From the NCBI RefSeq assembly GCF_009914755.1, contig NC_060927.1: a stretch of 64,000 nucleotides of DNA. One strand, given 5' to 3'. Source of the stretch: the human T2T-CHM13v2.0 reference genome, Homo sapiens. Position 1 is the stretch's first letter. Each line of letters opens with the position of its first letter. Made by a program: the position numbers and the translations under genes. This document shows, one piece after another, positions 20,871-34,392 of the stretch. Below the pieces are notes generated by a model. It had not been told where the DNA came from. It did not search any database and worked only from the letters and a program-made list of their open reading frames with translations.

Positions 20871-22068
20871 CAGCCTTCTAGGATTTTTCTTGCTGATGTC
20901 AAAGGAAGAGAGAATGTCAGGGAAGAAAGGGTCAATGATGTCAGAATACTGCAAAGACAGCAAGGAGAGGCTACTGAATTGAATACTCCAGTGATTTCTG
21001 AAAACATCATTTCAGGGAGGGGCAAAGGTGAAGGCTATAATGGGGTTGTAGGGAAATGACCAGCCAGTGGGAAAACTCAACCTTGTAAACTCTAACTCTA
21101 GAAAGTTTGAAAAGGAATCATCTTTCTTCTTAATATGAGCCACTGTAGTGTTTTGGGGTTTGCATTGTAATAGTATATTTTAAAAATTTTTTGGATAATG
21201 CTATTGATTGTGAACAATACAACGCTTATAAAATTCATGATCCTTACTCTCTAGAACAGATTCTCCACAAATTCAGGGTGTCTGGCGAGTTATGGCCAAA
21301 GCCATTCTCAATAAATTAGTTTTCAAACTAGCATCTCCAACTAATATTTTCCACAATGTGCAACCCCCATTCTTCTTTGCAGTAAGGCGTTGGAATGAAA
21401 CCATACTCTGTTTGTTCTCTAGCTCACATTATGACCTGCTATAAAAAGAATTAATATTCATAAATCTTTTTTACTGCACTAATCTCAGTGTTTTAAAGTG
21501 GTGATTACCACCTGACATGGGGGCAGGCCAAAGACTAAAGGAATCTTCAGAGAGCACAAGACCCTATTCCCTCATGAGTGTTCAAAGAGGAAAGTGATGG
21601 AAGGATTCACATGTTGAACCTGGGCATAAACATGAACATTTTGAGGAGGCTTTCTATAAGTTTTCTAGATACCTTGGGGTAAAAGTGTCCTGAAATTTTT
21701 TTGGTAATGTCTGGGAACACAAGCAGGAGTATTAAGCATGGGTTATGTAACATGGAACACACCACACGGCTAACCTTTCTGAAATTGTCCAGATGGGTCC
21801 TACAGTTTGAAAAGCTTAGAAATGTCGCCCGTGATATCCATGTTCTCTGTAATTAAAGCTTCCTCAGGCTCTGACAGCTGAGCAGTAGATTGGTTTTGAC
21901 TATCCATAGCCAAAGCTACTAAAAGAGCCCACTGGCTTCATAATCCTAGCCGAGGAGAGGTAGACCTTGTCCAACAGGAAACTGAACATGCTGGAAACCA
22001 GAATAAAATGGCACATAAAAGCAGGGCAACTGGGGAGAGAATCATTACAGGCTTTGCATATGATTCTA

Positions 22069-22148
22069 CTGGGTTAGTGCAAATGTGATTGCAGTTTTTG
22101 CAATTACTTTTAATGGCAAAAACTGCAATTATGTTTGCACCAATCTAA
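22069..22148. mobile_element. MADE1 (Hsmar1-derived MITE), full 80 bp
   Basis: Two ~37-bp inverted TIRs around a short spacer (gggttagtgcaaatgtgattgcagtttttgc...ggcaaaaactgcaattatgtttgcaccaatctaa). TA TSDs at 22067-22068 and 22149-22150. Confidence 0.93.
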
Positions 22149-22255
22149 TAATTAGAAGAATAAAAAAGTAGGATGGTGCATGTTGTTGAAGATCCTTGTT
22201 TTCAAGTTCAAGGTCCAGGGTTATCAAGAGTGGGGATGTCAACCAGGAGGAGGGC

Positions 22256-22650
22256 TCATTCATTCAATAAATATTTATTGAATTTCTATTATGTCAGAGA
22301 GCACCAGGCAAGGCACTGGGGGATGTAACGGTGAGCATAGCAGAGCTTAAAATTGAGTGGACAAGATGGATAAAGAGTGAGAAGAAAGAAAGTGCAATCT
22401 GAGATAAATGCTTTTAAGAAAAGCAATAGCTTTAGAGAACTAGTGAAGGAAGCTAATCATGTCTTGGGCATCAGGAAAATTCTAAAGAATTTGAAGGAGT
22501 TCAGAAGATGAGTGGGATCGAGAAGCCATTCCAGGCAGAGGAACAAAAATGTACAAAGGCCCCCTGGTGGGAGGGCACAAAGAACTGGGAGGGAAAGGGA
22601 GTTCTCTCTGGGGTCAAAGAGGGGAAGGAGTTGATGAGTAGTGAGAGGAG
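22256..22650 (-). mobile_element. L2 3' end
   Basis: cattcattcaataaatatttattgaa...ccaggcaaggcactggg...cattccaggcagaggaaca. Confidence 0.75.
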
Positions 22651-23053
22651 GAGAAAACAAGGTGAGCATCTATATTTGCTCGGATCCCTCAACTTACCAC
22701 AGCTTGAATTCTTCCACATCGCTTTTCTGACACTGCTGCCACCCAGTTTATCAGTGACCTCCACAATGCTTACCTTGGTAGGAGCAGTTCGGTTCTTATC
22801 TCACATGACTGTATGGCTTGGTGGAATCAGACAATGCTGCTCACTGTCAACTCCTGAGACTCCCTTCTCCCACTTCCTAGACTGAGCCTTCTTGGATTCC
22901 TTTCAAGGAATGTCTCAGCCCAACCCTTAGTTGTTGACCTTCTCCTGTGTCCTGTTTAATAGATTCTCTTTGTCTTTATGTACTCCACTGTGTCCACTGG
23001 AGACAGTGGGACAACCCCACTCTGTCCCACAGTTGTTCACATCCATGGGCTAA

Positions 23054-23450
23054 TGTCTTGGTTTGAATTATTCCCCAAATAGGCCCTGATCAGGAAGTGA
23101 AGACAACATGACTGTGGAGAAGAGAGCCGGGAAGGGAAGAAGCTCAATAATGAGTGCATTCTAGGCCAGCTTCCCCAGTGAGTGAGTAGAGTTAATCCTG
23201 CTGAGGATCTCTGGGAGGGGGTGGAGAACACACCCTTCGGAGTGATCCTGCCTGAGGGGTGAGGGAGCCGGGGTATTTAAACACAACTACCAACCATTAA
23301 ACATCACTGGTTAGGATGTGCTCCTGGAATATGTTAATTCCAGCAAGAGGAAAGCATCAGGCACAGCAATACAGATGTTGGCTATTGGGAGTTGAGTCTA
23401 TGTGTCTTGAGTGATGAGGATGGGAAAGTATGGGTTGAGCTGAACAAATT
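23054..23450 (-). mobile_element. ERVL solo LTR remnant (LTR16/LTR33-type)
   Basis: gggaagggaagaagctcaataa...ctctgggagg...gaggggtgagggagccggggtattta resembles the antisense LTR16/33 family. Confidence 0.55.
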
Positions 23451-23629
23451 CACTCCAGCCCTTTCAACCAAATGTTTTAAACATGGCATTGCCAGGAACA
23501 CTCACACAGATAAAAGGACATTGGAGGAAGCAGCGTGAGAGCATGCTGCAAACTGCAAGCTGCAAGCACCAACTGGCTATCGTCACTCATGAAGATCAGA
23601 TGGTTAATTCAGTTGACAGAAACGCAAGA

Positions 23630-24360
23630 TCATGTCCCGCCCCACTCTCACCTGCTTCCTGACTTTCTATTGCAGTGAATAGTCCCATCCTCTCACAGTT
23701 GTCTAGATCAAAACTCTCAGTGACGTCCTTGACTCCTCCCTGTAACTTGCCTCTCACATCTATTCAGTTGCCAGATTCAATCAACTGTAGTTCTTGAACA
23801 CTTTTGAAATCCATCCACTTCTTTTCATCCCCGTCCACCACCCTGGTGAGACTGCACTCATCTCTCACTTGGACCTCAACAGCTGACTCCTCTTCTCCCA
23901 TCCCCATTGCTCTGTTTCCAAAAGTGAGCCTCAATCCATTCTCCGCTTGGTAGCCAAAACTACCTTTTACAGTTCAAACATGATCAGATTTGTTCCTTGC
24001 TCAAACCCCTTCAAAGTCTGCATCCCTGCCTTTCCAGAACCCACTTTCCCTCCCTGGAACCCACCTCCCTTGTATGAGGAGTCTGCATGACCTGGCCTGT
24101 CTTAACTTCCTGGGACACACATCTCATTTTCTTCTTTGTGAATTCATGCTCCAACCAAAGGGAATTCCTGGATGGGCTCCTTCCTTCTGTCCTCTGGACC
24201 GGGTTTATGCAATTCCCTCTGCCTGGAATGGTCTTTTTTCCCCCTGGCCTCTCTGAATCTGGGTAATCCTACTCACCTGGTCAAAACTCACAAGGGACAT
24301 CACTTCCTTCAGGAGGATTTCACTGATCCCAAGTTCTGGGCAAGGTGTCCCTTGTCCCTT
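23630..24360 (+). mobile_element. L2 fragment
   Basis: Pyrimidine-rich L2 motifs (gtccttgactcctccc, ttccctctgcctggaatg, cacttccttcaggag). Confidence 0.7.
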
Positions 24361-24607
24361 TCACAAGTCTATTGAGTGTGGACTCTGATGAACAAAAGGG
24401 GCCATGAGATTCTCCCTAGGGAGCTCATTTCCTGATGCTCAAGACCTCTAGTGTCCTCAACCCAGAGACAGGTCTGTGGCACATACTTGAGAGTGAGAGA
24501 GCCAGCTGAGGGTAGGGTCAGCTCTGAGACGTTCTCAAAGCAGGGAGGAGGCCTGGGGTGCTGATTGAGGAGCTACAGATTCCTCTCCAGGAAAGGGAAG
24601 AAGGTGT

Positions 24608-25155
24608 TGTGATGGTTAATATTAGGTGTTAACCTGATTGGATTGAAGGATGCAAAGTATTGTTTCTGGGTGTGTCTGTGACAGTGTTGCCAGAGGAGAT
24701 TGGCATTTGACTCAGTGGACTGGGAGAGGAAGACCCACCCTCAGTGTGGGTGGGCACCATCCATTTGGCTGCCAGTGTGGCTAGAAAAAGCAGGCAGAAG
24801 AGAATGGAATAAGCTGGGTTGCAGAGTTTTCTGGCTTTTATCTTTCTTCGGTGCTAGATGCTTCCTGCCCATGAATATCAGACTCCAGATTCTTGGGCCT
24901 TTGGACTCTTGGACTTACACCAGTGGTCTGCCAGGGGCTCTCAGGCCTTTGGTCACAGAATGGAGGCTGCACCATTGGCTTCCCTACTTTTAAGGCTTTG
25001 GGACTTGGATTGAGCCACTACTGGCTTCCTTGCTCCTCAGCTTGCAGACGGCCTATTGTGGGACTTCATCTTGTGATCGTGTGAGTCAATTCTCCTTAAT
25101 AAACTCCCTTTCTATCCTATCATTTCTGTCCCTCCAAAGAACCCTGACTAACACA
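24608..25155 (+). mobile_element. MLT2 (MLT2A2-like) HERV-L solo LTR
   Basis: TGTGATGGTTAAT...tgattggattgaaggatgc...aataaa...accctgactaacaCA, with TG...CA termini. Confidence 0.92.
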
Positions 25156-26503
25156 GGGGCCCATCACAGTTGTGCCTCTATGGTCCCTGCAATAGTTCTA
25201 CGTCAGGTGGCAGAGCTTCTGCAACCTGGAGCTTCTTTCCAGAATGCATTTCCTTGACAGACAGCGATGCACCTACTCTGACAGGGATGGGACAGGGCCA
25301 GGAGTGTTAGAAAAAAGAGTCAGGACAGAGCTGAGGGAAGCAGCAGTACCTGAGCCCTCTTTGCCAGAGAGACCCAAAAATGGCCATTCCCTCAGCAGTA
25401 TCAGAGCAGAGGCTGGAGTGGGAGAAGCCGTGTAGTCAGGAGAGTAATAGCCCCAACCCCGCTCAGCACATTCTCCAAAAAAGATGTCTTTTCAACAAAA
25501 CGTTTTAAACACTGCATTGCCAGGAGCATCAAGGTTGATGGAAGAACATGAGGGGAAGTGGCATGAGAGCAAGCCCGTGCTCTCCTCTACAGAGACAGAA
25601 GCCAGACATGCCTTTTCCATGTGCTGATCTCCAAGTCCCAGCTAGTAGGTCACATGACATCACAGTCCTGCTCTTCTTCCTCAATGGTAGGTCCTCACTT
25701 GCTTCATTTTGGTAGATCTTCAATTTAGAGCTTCACCAAGCCGGCTTTCCTGGGCTACAGACTCAAAGAGCCTTCTGCCTAATGACAGTTTTATTTGCCC
25801 GTCTTGTAGATTTCAAATAGAAAAGATCCTACATTGGGCTTGTCTTCCAACACTAAGCCTGCTTCTCCTCTGCTTTGCCATTCCAGTGAATGTCTCCACC
25901 ATCTACCCATTGGCCCAAGTGGGAAACCTGGCCAGGGATCCTGAGTGCCTCCTGTCTGTCTCACCTCCCCGTATCCAACTGTCCCCAAATAACTTCCAAA
26001 CCACCCACTTGACGCTCTGCCTCTCCCCTCTTCCTGCGTTGAGAACACCACCTCCCCTCACCTGGAAGATTCCAATCACCTCTGTTCCCAGCCTGGCCTC
26101 TCTGTGGTGCCTGTGGCTCCCCCATCTCCAGGCTAGTCACCACCAGAGATCTGGAGGGGTCTTGGGTATGTGAACCTTCAGAGAGAAAGAGGGGGATGAG
26201 GGTGGAGAGGGAGGGAGAAAAAGAGTGAGAGTGCATTATTACTGCTACCCTCAGGGTGTCTCCGGGGACTGGGAAAAGCCTTGAGTGGCTGTTGACAAAT
26301 GGTAGCAGGCCCACTCAGGAGGCTGGTTTTCAGAGGAGAGGTCATCATCACATGATGTTTAGTGAAGATGAGCTCTAAGAAGGAAAGCCTCAAGAGAACT
26401 GGGGAAACTGGTGTTTTGAATGCTCTAGAGCCTTGCTTTTCTATTATTCCAGAAGCCTCTAAAAAAAATAGCATACTAACCATGAACAACAACACTAATA
26501 AGC

Positions 26504-26925
26504 TGTGGCAGAGAAGGTCAGTGCCGTACCCGGATTTCTTAGGGCCTGTTATCTCTGCTGATCATTTTCTTGCACTCTGTTCCCACTGTGCATTCACTCC
26601 AAGCAACCTGAACCTGAATGTCTTTATAGGTGAGCCTGCTGGAGCCTACCTTGCCTGAATGCACTAAGAGCCAAGGTGTCTGGGAGTTTATATCCTCCAG
26701 GGACAGCCCTTAACAAGCCACCTCCCTCTGAGCTGGGTCTGCATTGTTTCCAGAGCTCCCCGGGGGATTCAGCCGAAGTCATTTTTGGTGTAACTTTCTT
26801 AATATCTTTGATTCCCTTCCTTCTGGCTTCCCTTTCTCTGGCTTTTCCTGGGATCACCCCCCAATAAATCTCTTTCCCACGAATCCTGGCCTCAGGTTCT
26901 GCTTCTGGAGAACTCAGCTCTGGGC
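26504..26925 (+). mobile_element. ERVL LTR (LTR16-type)
   Basis: tgtggcag start; ctgggagtttatatcc TATA region; ctgggatcaccccccaataaa...ctcaggttctgcttctggagaac end. Confidence 0.6.
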
Positions 26926-26951
26926 ACCAGGCACAGACTAAGCACTTTCTA

Positions 26952-28880
26952 TTTTTTTAAAAAAAAGTCTTTTTATTTTTAGACTTTTTAAATTTCAATG
27001 GCTTTGGGGTATAAGTGGTTTTTTATTACATGGAAGAATTATATAGTGGCGAATGCTGAGATTTTAGGGCACTTGTCACCCAAGTGGTGTATGTTGTACC
27101 AAATATGTAGTTTTTTTAATCCCACATCCTCCTCCCACCATCCCCCTCCTGAGTCTCCAAAGTCCATTATATCACTATGTATGCTGTTACATATTCATAG
27201 CTTAGTTCCCACTTATAAGTAAGAACATACTGTGTTTGGTTTTCCATCCTTGAATAATATACTTCACTTAGAATAACGGCCTCCAGCTCTATCCAAGTTG
27301 CCACAAAAGACATTATCTTGTTCCTTTTTATGGCTGAGTAGTATTCCCTGGGGTATATATACCACATTGTTTTTATCCACTCATTGGTCAATGGGCACTT
27401 AGGTTGATTCCATATCTTTGCAATTGTGAATTGTACTGCTATAAACATGCTTGTGCCGGTGTCTTTTTCGTATAATGACTTCTTTCCCCTTGGGTAGATA
27501 CCCAGTAGTGGGATTGCTGGATTGAATAGTAGATCTACTTTTAATTCTTTAAGGAATAGCCTTACTGCTTTTCATAGGGGTTGTACTAATTCACATTGCC
27601 ACCAGCAGTACTTAAGTGTTTCGCTTTCACCATATCCATGCTAACGTCTATTGTTTTTTGACTTTTTAGTGATAGCCATTCTTGGAAGACTGACGTGGTG
27701 TCTCATTGTGGTTTTAATTTGAGTTTCCCTGATGATTAGTGATGTTGAGCATTTTTTCATATACTTGTTGGCTATTTGTATATTTTCTTTTGAGAAATGT
27801 CTATTTATGTCATTTGCCCACTTTTTGATGGGATTGTTTCTTTCTTGCTGATTTGCTTCAATTCCTTGTAGATGCTGGATACTAGTCTTTTGTTAGATGC
27901 ATAGTTTGCAAATATTTTCTCCCATTCTGTGGGTTGTCTGTTTACTCATGATTATTTCTTTTGCTGTGCAAAAGCTTTTTAATTTAATCAGGTCCCATTT
28001 ATTTATTTTTGTTTCTGTTGCATTGGCTTTTGGGGTCTTAGTCATGAATTCTTGAATTCTTTGCTTGGGCCAATGTCAGAAGCATTTTTCCAAGGTTGTA
28101 TTCTAGAATTTTTATGGTTTTTGGGTCTCAGATTTAAGACTTTGATCCACCTTGAGTTTATTTTTGTATAAACAAAAATGTGAGAGATATCTAGTTTCTT
28201 TCTTCATGTGGCTAGTCAGTTTTCCCAGCACCATTTATTAAATAGATTTTCCTTTCCCCAATTTATACCTTTGTATGCTTTGTCAAAGATCAGTTGGTTG
28301 TAAATATTTGGCTTTATTTTTGGGTTCCCTATTCTGTTCCATTGGTCTGTGTGCCTACTTTTATACCAGTACCATGCTGTTTTGGTAACTATAGCCTTGT
28401 AGTATAACCTGAAGTCTGATAATGTAATGCCTTCAGACTTGTTCTTTTTGCTTAGGATTTATTTAGCTATTGAGGCTCTTTTTTGCTTTCATATGAATTT
28501 CAGGATTGTTTTTTTTCTAATTCTGTGAAAAATAATGTTGGTATTTTGATAGGAATTGCATTGAATCTGTAGATTGCTTTGGGCAGTATGGTCATTTTCA
28601 CAATATCGATTCTTCCAATCCATGAGCATGGGATGTGTTTCCATTTGTGTCTTGTATGATTTCTTTCAGCAGCGTTTTATAGTTCTTGTAGAGATCTTTC
28701 ATCTCCTTGGTTAAGTTTATTCCTAGGTTTTTTTTTCTTTCTTGTAGCTGTTGTAAAAGGAATTGAGCTCTTGATTTGATTCTCAGCTTAATCATTATTG
28801 GTATATAGCAGTGCTGCTGAGTTGTGTACACTGATTTTGTAACCTGAGACTTTACCAAATTTGTTTATCAAATCTAGGAG
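26952..28880 (-). mobile_element. L1PB-type 3' fragment (1.9 kb) inserted into a MIR
   Basis: L1PB 3'UTR antisense; ORF 27167..27448 (MFIAVQFTIAKIWNQPKCP). TSD AA(G/A)CACTTTCTA at 26940-26951 and 28884-28895. MIR halves at 26927-26951 and 28896-29045. Confidence 0.9.
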
Positions 28881-29584
28881 ATGAAACACTTTCTAGACAT
28901 TATTTTCTCCACCGCATACAGCCTATACCACAAAGTATTCCCACTTTACTGATGGTGAAACACAGGTTCAGAGACATTTGGTAACGCTTCCATCTCACAG
29001 CCAGTGCTTGGGAGAGCTTGGGTTCGAACCCAAGTCTGAGTGAGCTCTCGGGCATTTTGTTGTACCACGTTTTCCCTGGGGAACTTCCTTCCACACACAT
29101 ACCACGAGTGCGGTTACTGTGGGGAGTGGTCCCAGGAAACAGGTAGGAGGAGTGGGGAGAGTGCCACAGGGAGAGGGTGGGTTCAAGCAGGCCTCCACAG
29201 TAGGGCTTGCCCACATGTTAGCAGGGGCTTCTGAGGAGTGTGTAGAGAGCATCTCAGAATTGTGTGCCTGAAGGACAAAGGAGGGGAGTATTTATCTTCC
29301 AGCTCTGTCTTCTGCTGGTTAAGCGATACCCGTAGGTTACCCATAGGTGTTAACTTCCTCTCAGTGAAGGGAGCATCCATGAAGGGTGTGTGCAGGAGCT
29401 CCCAGCAGGCAGCATGTGAGAGTGCTCTCAGTTACACCTGTGTTGCATGGCTGCCACAGTGGTGACTGGATTGTCATGTGGTCAAAAGGATCTGGGCCTG
29501 GACACAAAGGGCTTCCAGAACACACCTTTTTTTACTGTCTAACAAAATCATTGCCTTTTAAAAAGCACCTGCATTTTTGGATCA

Positions 29585-29740
29585 CACCAAGCCCCGGACT
29601 AAACACTTTCCACACACCAGCTGGTCAATACCTGGGCAGGTACTGCTATTATTCCCATTGTACATCCGTGGAAACTGAGGCTCAGAATGGTGATGTGACT
29701 CGCTTGTGGCATGTGGCATTGCTGGGACACGAGCTTGGCC
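29585..29740 (-). mobile_element. MIR
   Basis: tattattcccattgtaca...ggaaactgaggctcaga. Confidence 0.7.
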
Positions 29741-30264
29741 TGCCCATTCCAAGCTTCTTTGCCTCCCTGCCTCTCCCTGCTCCTCCGCAGAGGCCAGGCA
29801 GCCACTTTCACAGCCATGGCAGCCTTCCATGGGCTGGGTGGGCGTCAGCTCCAGGCTTGGTTCTTACATGGGGGAATCTCGCCAGAAATCCAGCCAGGGA
29901 CCGGATGGCATCTTATAATTCTCTGTATCCCCCAAGCTGCCTAGCACTAAAAAAATACTTGCTGACTGATTGACTCATTCCGGCCCTGCTTCCAAGTTTC
30001 CTTGGGCCCCTTCTTGAGGCAGCCTGGCCCCCACCCTGGCCTTTTGGACTCCCCTATTCCTACCAGCTCCCGAAGCCTGAATTGGCAGTGGAGGGAGTGT
30101 TGCGTTTTGAGAGATATGAGCTGGTGACAGAAGGGGCTTGGCAGTGAGAGTGGGTGGGCAGTTGAGCTGTGAGAGGGGTCTTGACATTCCTTGTCCCAGA
30201 GGCCTCAAAACAACCTGAAATCAAGAAAAATGTGTGTTGATAACTGCTGAAATATTACTGGGAG

Positions 30265-30640
30265 ACCACATAGTGTAGCAGTTAAGGGCACAGGCTCCAG
30301 ATCAGGCATCCTGGGTGCCAATGCTGGCTCCAACTATCCAAGTATCACTTTACTTATCTGTGCCTCGTCATCTTCAACTGTAAACTGATCATAATAATCA
30401 CCTTGTAGGGCTATTGCTTGGGTTAAAAATGAATTAATATAATGCCTAGCAAGTGGTAAGTGCTCCATAGATACTAACTGTCATGGTTGCTATTACTGCG
30501 TTACCAGCATTTATAACCCTGCAAGGTCAATTTACCACTTGCATTCTACAGCTGAATAAACAAGGTTCTGAGAAGGTAAATGTCTCGTACGAGTACTAGA
30601 GTTTGAATTCCAATGAGGGTTGGACTGACTCTGATGTCCA
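30265..30640. mobile_element. Two MIRs, tail-to-tail (+ ~30265-30490, - ~30510-30640)
   Basis: catagtgtagcagttaagggcacaggctc...ctgtgcctc...ctgtaaa, then cattctacagctgaataaacaaggttctgagaaggtaa. Confidence 0.65.
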
Positions 30641-30711
30641 TGTACTTACACTAAATCTGTGCTTACATGTTTTAATCATTTATCAATTAGTTATTATTTC
30701 AGTACTAATGA

Positions 30712-31036
<325 letters not shown>

Positions 31037-31156
31037 TTTCTTTTCTTGTTTTGTAGAGTTGGGGGAGTCTCACTATGTTGGCTAGGTTGGTCTTGAACTT
31101 CTGGTCTCAGCCTCCCAAAGTGCTGGGATTACAGGTGTGAGCCACCACACATGGCC
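31037..31156 (-). mobile_element. FLAM / AluJ left monomer with internal deletion
   Basis: gtagag...gtctcactatgttggctagg...ctcagcctcccaaagtgctgggattacagg...ggcc. Confidence 0.85.
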
Positions 31157-31557
31157 CAATTGTCCATCATACTTTGAAAACAATCATCAGGAGAAGGCTT
31201 CTTGAGGGGAAAAGGAATCAAGCAGCAGGCAATAAAGAAGCAGCTCATCTCTGATTGGCTAGTAGGACACTTAAGTGGCATCAGTTGAAATCAGGTTGTT
31301 TAAAATCAGTTCAGATATTCCAGTATAGTCATTTCATAAACCTGCAGGATTGGGTATTGATTGTAAAAATCTCATTTGTAACAGTAAAACTGTTTTGGCT
31401 TGAAGATCTATCAACATATAATATTTGAGTTCTTGTTTGAGATTTAGATAAGGTATGTCATGTTCAGGTCAAAAGTAGCTTGGTTAAACCAGCTGCTCCA
31501 TTCTCTAGAAAGTAGTTGATCAGAGAAATGGCATCTTGTCGACAGTAGGGGGATATT

Positions 31558-32720
31558 CTAAAACTATAAAAATCCTGGAAGGCAACCTAGGCAATACCAT
31601 TCTGGACACAGGCGTGAGCAAAGATTTCATGATGCAGACACCAAAAACAGTTGGAACAAAAGCAAAAGTTGACAAGTGGAATCTAAACTAAAGAGCTTCT
31701 GCACAGTGAAAGAAACTATCAACAGAGTAAATGAGCAACCTATGGAATGGGACAAAATTTTTGCAAATTATGCATCTGACAAAGGTCTAATATCCAGCAT
31801 CTATAAGGAACCTAAAGAAATTTACAAAACAAAACAAAACCAAACCCACACAACCCCATTAAAAAGTGGGCAAAGGACATGAACAGATACTTCTCAAAAG
31901 AAGACATACATGTGTCCAACCAGCATATGAAAGAAAGCTCAACATCACTGATCATTAGAGAAATGCAAATCAAAACCACAATGAGATACTATCTAACACA
32001 ATTCAGAATGGTTATTATTAAAAAGTCAAAAAATAACAAATGCTGGTGAGGTTGTGGAGAAAAAGGAATGCTATACACTCTTGGTGGGAGTATAAATTAG
32101 TTCAGCCTTCGTGGAACACAGTGTGTCGATTCCTCAAAGACCTAAAAACAGAAATACCATTCAACACAGCAATCCCACTGCTGGGTATATACCCAAAGGA
32201 ATATAAATCATTCTATCATAAAGACACATGCATGCGTATGTTCATTGCAGCACTATTCACAACAGTGATGACAAGGAATCAACTCAAATGCTCATCAGTG
32301 ATAGACTGAATAAAGAAAATGTGGTACATATACACCATGGGATACTATGCAGCCATAATAAAGAACGGGATCATTTCCTTTTCAGGGACATGGATGGAGC
32401 TGGAGGCCATTATCCCTAGCAAACTAACACAGGAACAGAAAACCAAATACCACATGTTCTCACTTATAAGTGGGAGCTAAATGATGAGAACACATGGACA
32501 CATAGAGGGGAACAACACACACTGGGGCCTATTGGAGGGTGGAGAGTGGGAGGAGGGAGAGGATCAGGAAAAATAACTAATGGATACTAGGGTTAATACC
32601 TGGGTGATGAAATAATCTGCACAACAAACCCCCATGACACATGTTTACCTATGTAACAAACCTGAACATCCTGTACATGGACCTTTGAACTTAAAATAAA
32701 AGTTTAAAAAAGAAACCAAA
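31558..32720 (+). mobile_element. L1PA11-13 type 3' fragment (1.15 kb)
   Basis: ORF2 C-terminal remnants (31676..31882, 32040..32309); 3'UTR gagaggatcaggaaaaataactaatgg. Degenerate 16-bp TSD (12/16) at 31542-31557 and 32721-32736. Confidence 0.9.
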
Positions 32721-33013
32721 ACGGCAGAGGTATATTATGATGGTTGCTTGGGATTTACAATCATGAGAGGTGCAGGAGTGAGTCTGTAGTGATACAGGAA
32801 GTCTCCTTGTAGTGCTCTTTCTACCCCTACTCATTGACATCCACAGAACATGCACGACTTTCTAAGTGTCCTACTTCATCTTCAGAACAATCCTGTGAAG
32901 AAGGGAATTATCCCCATTTTACAGATCAGGAAAACAAGGCACAGAGAAGAATAGTAATTTTCCTATGACCACCCAGCCAGTGAGTGGCACAGTCACTACA
33001 AGAAATCCGACTC

Positions 33014-33494
<481 letters not shown>

Positions 33495-33785
33495 TCAGAT
33501 TTAATTTCCTTCCTAACACATGCTATGTATTTCATGTATGCAAACCCATGTGACCTTTATTGCAATGCCTCAAAATTAAAATTGTACATGTTGATGGTAG
33601 TGGAAATGTAACCCTAGCAACATCAAATGGTTTGGACAAAACACTTGTTATGCATCTGGTACAGTCAGGGCTGGGTTTCCTGACCTCCAATCTCAGGGCC
33701 ACAGATCCATTCAGATCTGTGTTGAGGCTCTGAAGGAAGGTATATTGATTCCACCTGTTTAAAATATAGCTTTTATTATTATTGG

Positions 33786-34290
33786 TATGGTGAGGCCAAC
33801 AGAACAAAAGCGAACAGCCATTGAAAAGATAGTTTGTTACTCACAGTTCTTAAGAGGAGGGGCATGCTGCACCACAGAGGGCCACACAGGAAGCACCAGG
33901 GTCCATCAAGAGGCAAGAGGAGCAAGGGGAAAATATGGGCAAGAATCTTTATTGTGGCTTTTGCAGGAAGCAATGTGGGAGGCAGGTTAAGCAGGTTTAG
34001 CACTGGCTGGCTTAAATAATTTTGGTAGGCTCTGGGGACTATCTCTTGGTACCCTGGTACCTGGACCTAGAGAGATTAGGGTAAGAGGATAATGGCCCAA
34101 GTTTGAGAACCCAGTGAGAGTCTGAAAAAGAAGTGGTTGTGTTAGGTTGGTTCGCATATGGAAGATATTCTCCTGGGGGTGATATTTGCTGTCTGTCGAA
34201 ATTAACTAACCCTGAGGGGGCAGTTTTTTCCAGTTTCCACAAGGCCCCAAGATGTCAAATATCAAAATAAAATACATGCTTAATGCACCA
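33786..34290 (-). mobile_element. ERVL LTR (MER74/MER73-like)
   Basis: gtgaggccaacaga...gccattgaaaagatagtttgttactcacagttc...gagggccacacaggaagcaccagggtc. Confidence 0.7.
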
Positions 34291-34352
34291 TCCTTGAAGA
34301 GAGTAGAATTATGGGTGTCCTTATAAGAAGAAACAAGCAGAGTACACAATAA

Positions 34353-34392
34353 GGATGGATGGATAGATGGATGGATGGATGGATGGATGGAT
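34353..34392. repeat. (GGAT)10 tetranucleotide repeat, one AGAT variant
   Basis: Read directly from the sequence. Confidence 0.97.

Noticed and set aside
29386-29973. 195-aa ORF and overlapping ORFs at 28.9-30.2 kb
   Set aside because: No recognisable domain; overlaps MIR and L2 remnants; expected by chance in locally GC-richer DNA.
34210-34225. CTCF-like CCCTGAGGGGGCAG in the MER74-like LTR
   Set aside because: Several mismatches in the 5' core; not supportable from sequence alone.
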